A DNA stretch of 55,360 bases, the filler included, from Sphacelaria rigidula (Eukaryota): NCBI GenBank assembly GCA_964200075.2. It is 2 parts of 2 records of this genome, joined end to end, with 100 filler letters (N's around TTAATTAATTAA, not from the genome) between each part and the next. Parts side by side here need not be neighbours in the genome. Positions count along the whole stretch, not along the records: positions 27,732 to 55,360 come from CAXNAA020000114.1; 1 more part is not named here. One strand, given 5' to 3'. Of the stretch, positions 51,661 to 55,360 are shown piece by piece. The notes under the pieces were generated by a model. The model searched no databases. It had not been told where the DNA came from and saw only the letters and a program-made list of their open reading frames with translations. A program made the translations under genes and the position numbers. Position 1 is the first letter of the stretch; each line of letters starts with the position of its first letter.

Positions 51661-53420
51661 CCATTGGCGTTATCCCTCTATAGTTCCCTGGGTCAGTCTT
51701 GTCTCCTTTTTTGAATGATTGACGACTACTCCTTCTCTCCACCTCTTGGGTGTGTACTCGTTATCCCAGATCCAGTTACACAGCATAATCATCATGGTTA
51801 TCATTCCCTCCCATCCATGCTTCAGAAACCCATTCACTATTCCGTCTTCCCCTGCTGCATGTTTGTTTTTGGCTTTGTTTAGCTACACACTCCTTTACTT
51901 AATTTCTGGTAAATTATCTCTGCATTTCTTCCGAGCTACCATCTTCCCGTTTTGACGTCTAATACTATATTCGTGAGATTCAGAGTGTAGCAGCGCATTC
52001 AGAGTAAGACCCGAAACAATTGATTTTCCCGTCGATTTTGACATCGCCACAGTTCGAGGAGTAATGCGCCCAGCTGGTGAAGCGGTGGCTTCAATGAAAG
52101 CTGTGACCTACACGGTCAATTTGACACATCACTTGATCGCAACGACGTAGTCAATCCATTGCAACAAAATATCCACTCTTTCAGAAAAAACCGATCGGTG
52201 CCCGGAACAGTTTCAGTTCCGAAATGCCCCCCCAGGCGTAAAAATGCTTTGTGCGGTATCTTACCCACCAGACCGCCGAATTCCTCGAATGGGGTACTGT
52301 ACGGTAGCTGCATGCACAGGACGTGTGCTCAAGCAAAACAAAAACAAAAAACGTTCCCTGTAAGGAACGCTAGAGCATCCACTCTCAATCCGATATTACG
52401 CTCTGAATCTCACGAATATGATGTTGTCTCTGCATTTGCTCCTGCCCACTCATTGATTTCTGTTTCGAATTTCGTGTCGAACTTCGTGTCAGTTTTTGGT
52501 GTTCCTAGTTCACGGTAGTGCTCAACTAGCACTTCTCTCTTCCCCTTCGAAGTGCTGACCATTTTACCGTTCTATGCCCCTAATGTGGCTATCCCGTTGT
52601 CTATACTTCTTGCCTGGCTTCCCATAATCCCTTTATCCCTGCCCACATTTGCTTCATCCCGCCATCGACATCTTCATTTGTTTTTTTCACTGCGTCTTTC
52701 CACACTTCCTTGTTTCTCTTCTGGATCATCTTCTTTACTTCCTTTCCAACTTTAGTGCATACTCCTCCCATCCTACCGTAGTTTTGCTCGACATCCATCT
52801 CGCGTGGGCCTCTCTCCTTACTCTTACACTCTCTTTTACTTCCCCATCCCACCATTTTACTGACTTACTTGTTGCATACGATCAGTTTCTTCCCACTGAC
52901 TTTACTCGCTGTGTTCTCGACCAGCTGCTCCCATCCTTCTGCAATCTTCGCACCTGCCCGGCTTTTTTCCATTTCGGCATCAAACTGTACCTACGCGTTC
53001 CAACAGCTCGGAAATTTCACTGCATTGTGGGCCATCTCTATTTCACTGCATTTTTGGCCACCTCCTCTTGAGACTCTTGCTGTTTTTCGTCCATATCTAG
53101 TTAATCGATTCTCCATTTGTACAAATTCTTACCCCGTCTATGCCTTTTAGCCCTCGTCTGTTGGCTTTCTGTCCATTTGAGCGAGTGATCTGTGGTTCCC
53201 ACGTCCTCGGCGCGTACATGTACTTCTATTTCTTCACTATTTCCATGCTCTGCCACTCTGTAGTCAAGAACGGATTTTTTTTTTTCGCTTGCATTCCCTC
53301 GTCCATGTCCATGGCGCCTTTGGCTTTGGTACTCTATCGTTCAGCGTCTTCATCTCGTTGTGCTCGAGGAACTCGGGCATTTCTTCCCTATTGTGGTCAA
53401 CCTTCACGCTGTTACTTGCA
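51661..53420 (-). mobile_element. Decayed LINE (non-LTR retrotransposon) ORF2 fragment: APE endonuclease C-terminus, linker, RT N-terminus; interrupted by a MITE
   Basis: Minus-strand peptides FLEHNEMKTLNDR..WT, SVLDYRV, DVGTTDH (APE); linker KQMWAGIK, VLVEHYRELG; RT start KHAAGEDGIVNGFLKHG...PKRWREGVVVKSFKKGDKTDPGNYRGITP; truncated before the YxDD core. Confidence 0.88.
51967..52419. mobile_element. MITE (~450 bp) nested in the LINE
   Basis: 23-bp TIR ATATTCGTGAGATTCAGAG(T/C)GTA at both ends; LINE peptide resumes on either side. Confidence 0.85.
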
Positions 53421-53529
53421 TGTCTAGGTTTTGGCTTTATTGTTGTCTTACGTTTGTTGTGATATTGGGAGGAGAATCTCGGTTGATTTCCGACTTGACA
53501 TGGGACAGTAGATGTTTCATTTTTTCGCG

Positions 53530-54135
53530 ATTCCACGTTCATGTTCTGACTGTGTTATTGTAGGTTGAAAACAACGGAGCGTTAGCTTCTCTATTTCATG
53601 GTTATGCCCGGGCTGTGTTATCGTTGGTTAAATGAAAAGGAGGGTCAGCTTCTCTATTTCATGCCGATGTCCGGGCTGTGTTATGGTAGGTTAAATGAGA
53701 AGGGGGGTTAGCTTCTCTATTCCATGTCTATGTCCGGGCTGTGTTATCGTTGGTTAAATAAAAGGGAGGGTTAGCTTCTTCATTTCATGTCTATGTCCGG
53801 GCTGTATTATGGTGGGTTAAGTAAGAAGGGGGGTTAGCTTCTCTATTTCTTATCTATGTCCGAGCTGTGTCATGGTAGGTTGAATGAAAAGGAGGGTGAG
53901 CTTTCTTATTCCATGTCTATGTCCGGGCTGTATTATGGTAGATTAAATATAAGGGGGATTATTTTCTTATTTCATGTCTACGTCCGGGCTACATCATGGT
54001 GGGTTGGAGAAAAAGGAGGGTTAACTTCTTAATTTCATGTCTATGTGCGGTCTGTATCATAGTAAGTTAAATAAAGAGGGGAGTTAGCTACTTTACTCCA
54101 TGTCTATGTCCGGGCTGTATTATGGTAGGGTAAAA
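53530..54135. repeat. 63-bp minisatellite, ~9-10 copies
   Basis: Unit starts (GTTAGCTT...) at 53581, 53644, 53707, 53770, 53833, 53896, ~53957, 54020, 54083; consensus includes CATGTCTATGTCCGGGCTGT. Confidence 0.95.
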
Positions 54136-54391
54136 TAAATCAAAGGAAAAGGTAGAAATGTAGAGGAAAAAAAGAAGAAAAATACTAGAAAGGAAGGAAA
54201 AACAGAGTGGTAAAGGAAAAGGAAGTAGTAAAATGAGGGGAAAAAAGAGCACCTTCGGCATATCATGTCTATGACACGGGATCTTACCAGTTGGGGATGG
54301 ACCTTTTTTGGGGATGAGAAACCCGGAGAATGAAAACCTTCGTATCCACATCAAATCTTCGAAATATGGTTCCATTTCTTCACCTACACGG

Positions 54392-54491
54392 GTGGCCACT
54401 GGGGTGTCTGCAACCTCAAAATTGGACGTTACAGACGTTGCACAAGGTCTGTAACGTCCAATTTTGAGGTTACAGGCACCCCAGTGGCCAC
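54392..54491. repeat. 100-nt near-perfect hairpin (45-bp arms, 10-nt loop)
   Basis: GTGGCCACTGGGGTGTCTGCAACCTCAAAATTGGACGTTACAGAC vs the reverse complement of 54447-54491: 43/45. Confidence 0.92.
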
Positions 54492-55261
54492 ACGTTTACT
54501 GATAGCTTTTGACAACTGCTACACGCCATAAAAGTTTGGATTTCATTCACCGAAATGTTGCGGTCCTAGGTGAAAAACCAATTTCGGAACCATTTTGGCG
54601 TCCGCTCGGACACCCAGAATTCCCAACATTTTCCCCAACATTTGCTTTTCACCTAGAACGCCATTTTACTACTTCCTTTCCCTTTTGCGACTCTGTAAGT
54701 GAATAAATGAAACCATATGTCAACGATTTGGTGCGGATACGACGATTTTCGTTCTCCGCGTTTCTCATCCCCAACAAAATATCCATCCACAATTTGTAAG
54801 ATCCCGTGTTGTATATCCGTTTTGTGTGTTTCTGGGGGGTAAACACTGGGTTGTTTAGGTTTTTGGATGTTGTGTCTGTCGGTCCGGGACTTTCTTTGTC
54901 TATTGATGGTCCCCGCTATATGTACGGTGACAGTCTGTACATTTGTCTAAGTTTTGGTGGCTTGTTTTACAGTGCCGTCGCCACTCGAGGCCAACCCAAG
55001 AGTCTAGAGGTGAGGGGGTGGGAGGGGGGGTGGGTGTTATCGTCGATGTTTCCCTACACTTGGAACAGCCGTACACGTCCGGATAGCGGGAATATAGCAG
55101 AGGATACACGTCCATGAAGACTTTCATGGCATGGAAAGTGACGCAAGATACCTCATGCAGTAACTTTGCGGCTGCTGACGTGGCCCGCATGGGGGTTGAC
55201 GTAATACAATCTGTGAGCCACACCTCGTGTGATGTGCAGTCGACGCGCACCGCACTGTGGT

Positions 55262-55340
55262 GGGGGGGGGGGGGTGTACTCATTTGTTGCTTGCCTTAGT
55301 CGGGGGACCATTGACCCCGCATCCCTTTCGAGACGGAGCC
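55262..55340 (-). repeat. Copy e of the C-tract-associated repeat
   Basis: Minus strand GCTCCGTCTCGAAAGGGATGCGGGGTCAATGGTCCCCCGACTAAGGCAAGCAACAAATGAGTACA followed by C13. Confidence 0.75.
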
Positions 55341-55360
55341 CCGTTCCTACTCGTAATAGA

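Noticed and set aside
53530..54135. CRISPR-like periodic array
   Set aside because: The whole 63-bp unit is repeated with no unique spacers, there are no cas genes, and the context is eukaryotic.

Overview
Eukaryotic genomic DNA. Its GC-rich exons with Gly/Ala/Ser-rich loops and repeat-filled introns suggest a brown alga or related stramenopile (inference). The window is two blocks joined by an artificial 100-bp spacer (44 N + TTAATTAATTAA + 44 N, 27632-27731), so continuity across the centre is not established. The left block holds nine exons (about 3,285 codons, 5' end probably upstream of the window) of a very large neurobeachin/LYST-family BEACH-WD40 gene on +, including a GC-AG intron and an intron whose two ends both read G|GTAAGT. 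It also holds two poorly characterised minus-strand coding segments and a decayed chromodomain-bearing Ty3/gypsy element whose RT catalytic core is deleted in frame. The right block has no recognisable intact gene. It contains a tRNA-derived SINE head, several MITEs, a broken LINE, a 63-bp minisatellite, an ancient ~1.1-kb tandem array, decayed ORF-like sequence and several long fold-backs. The best candidates for something undescribed are: (i) a short, 5'-variable repeat present five times, always abutting C-runs, twice between target-site-duplication-like repeats; (ii) a triplicated unknown coding segment forming a 173-bp near-perfect hairpin with signs of arm homogenisation; (iii) a MITE with CGAG termini and a variable 2-bp TSD supported by an in-window empty site. 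No CRISPR, Fanzor or viral hallmark could be supported. All identities were counted by eye.
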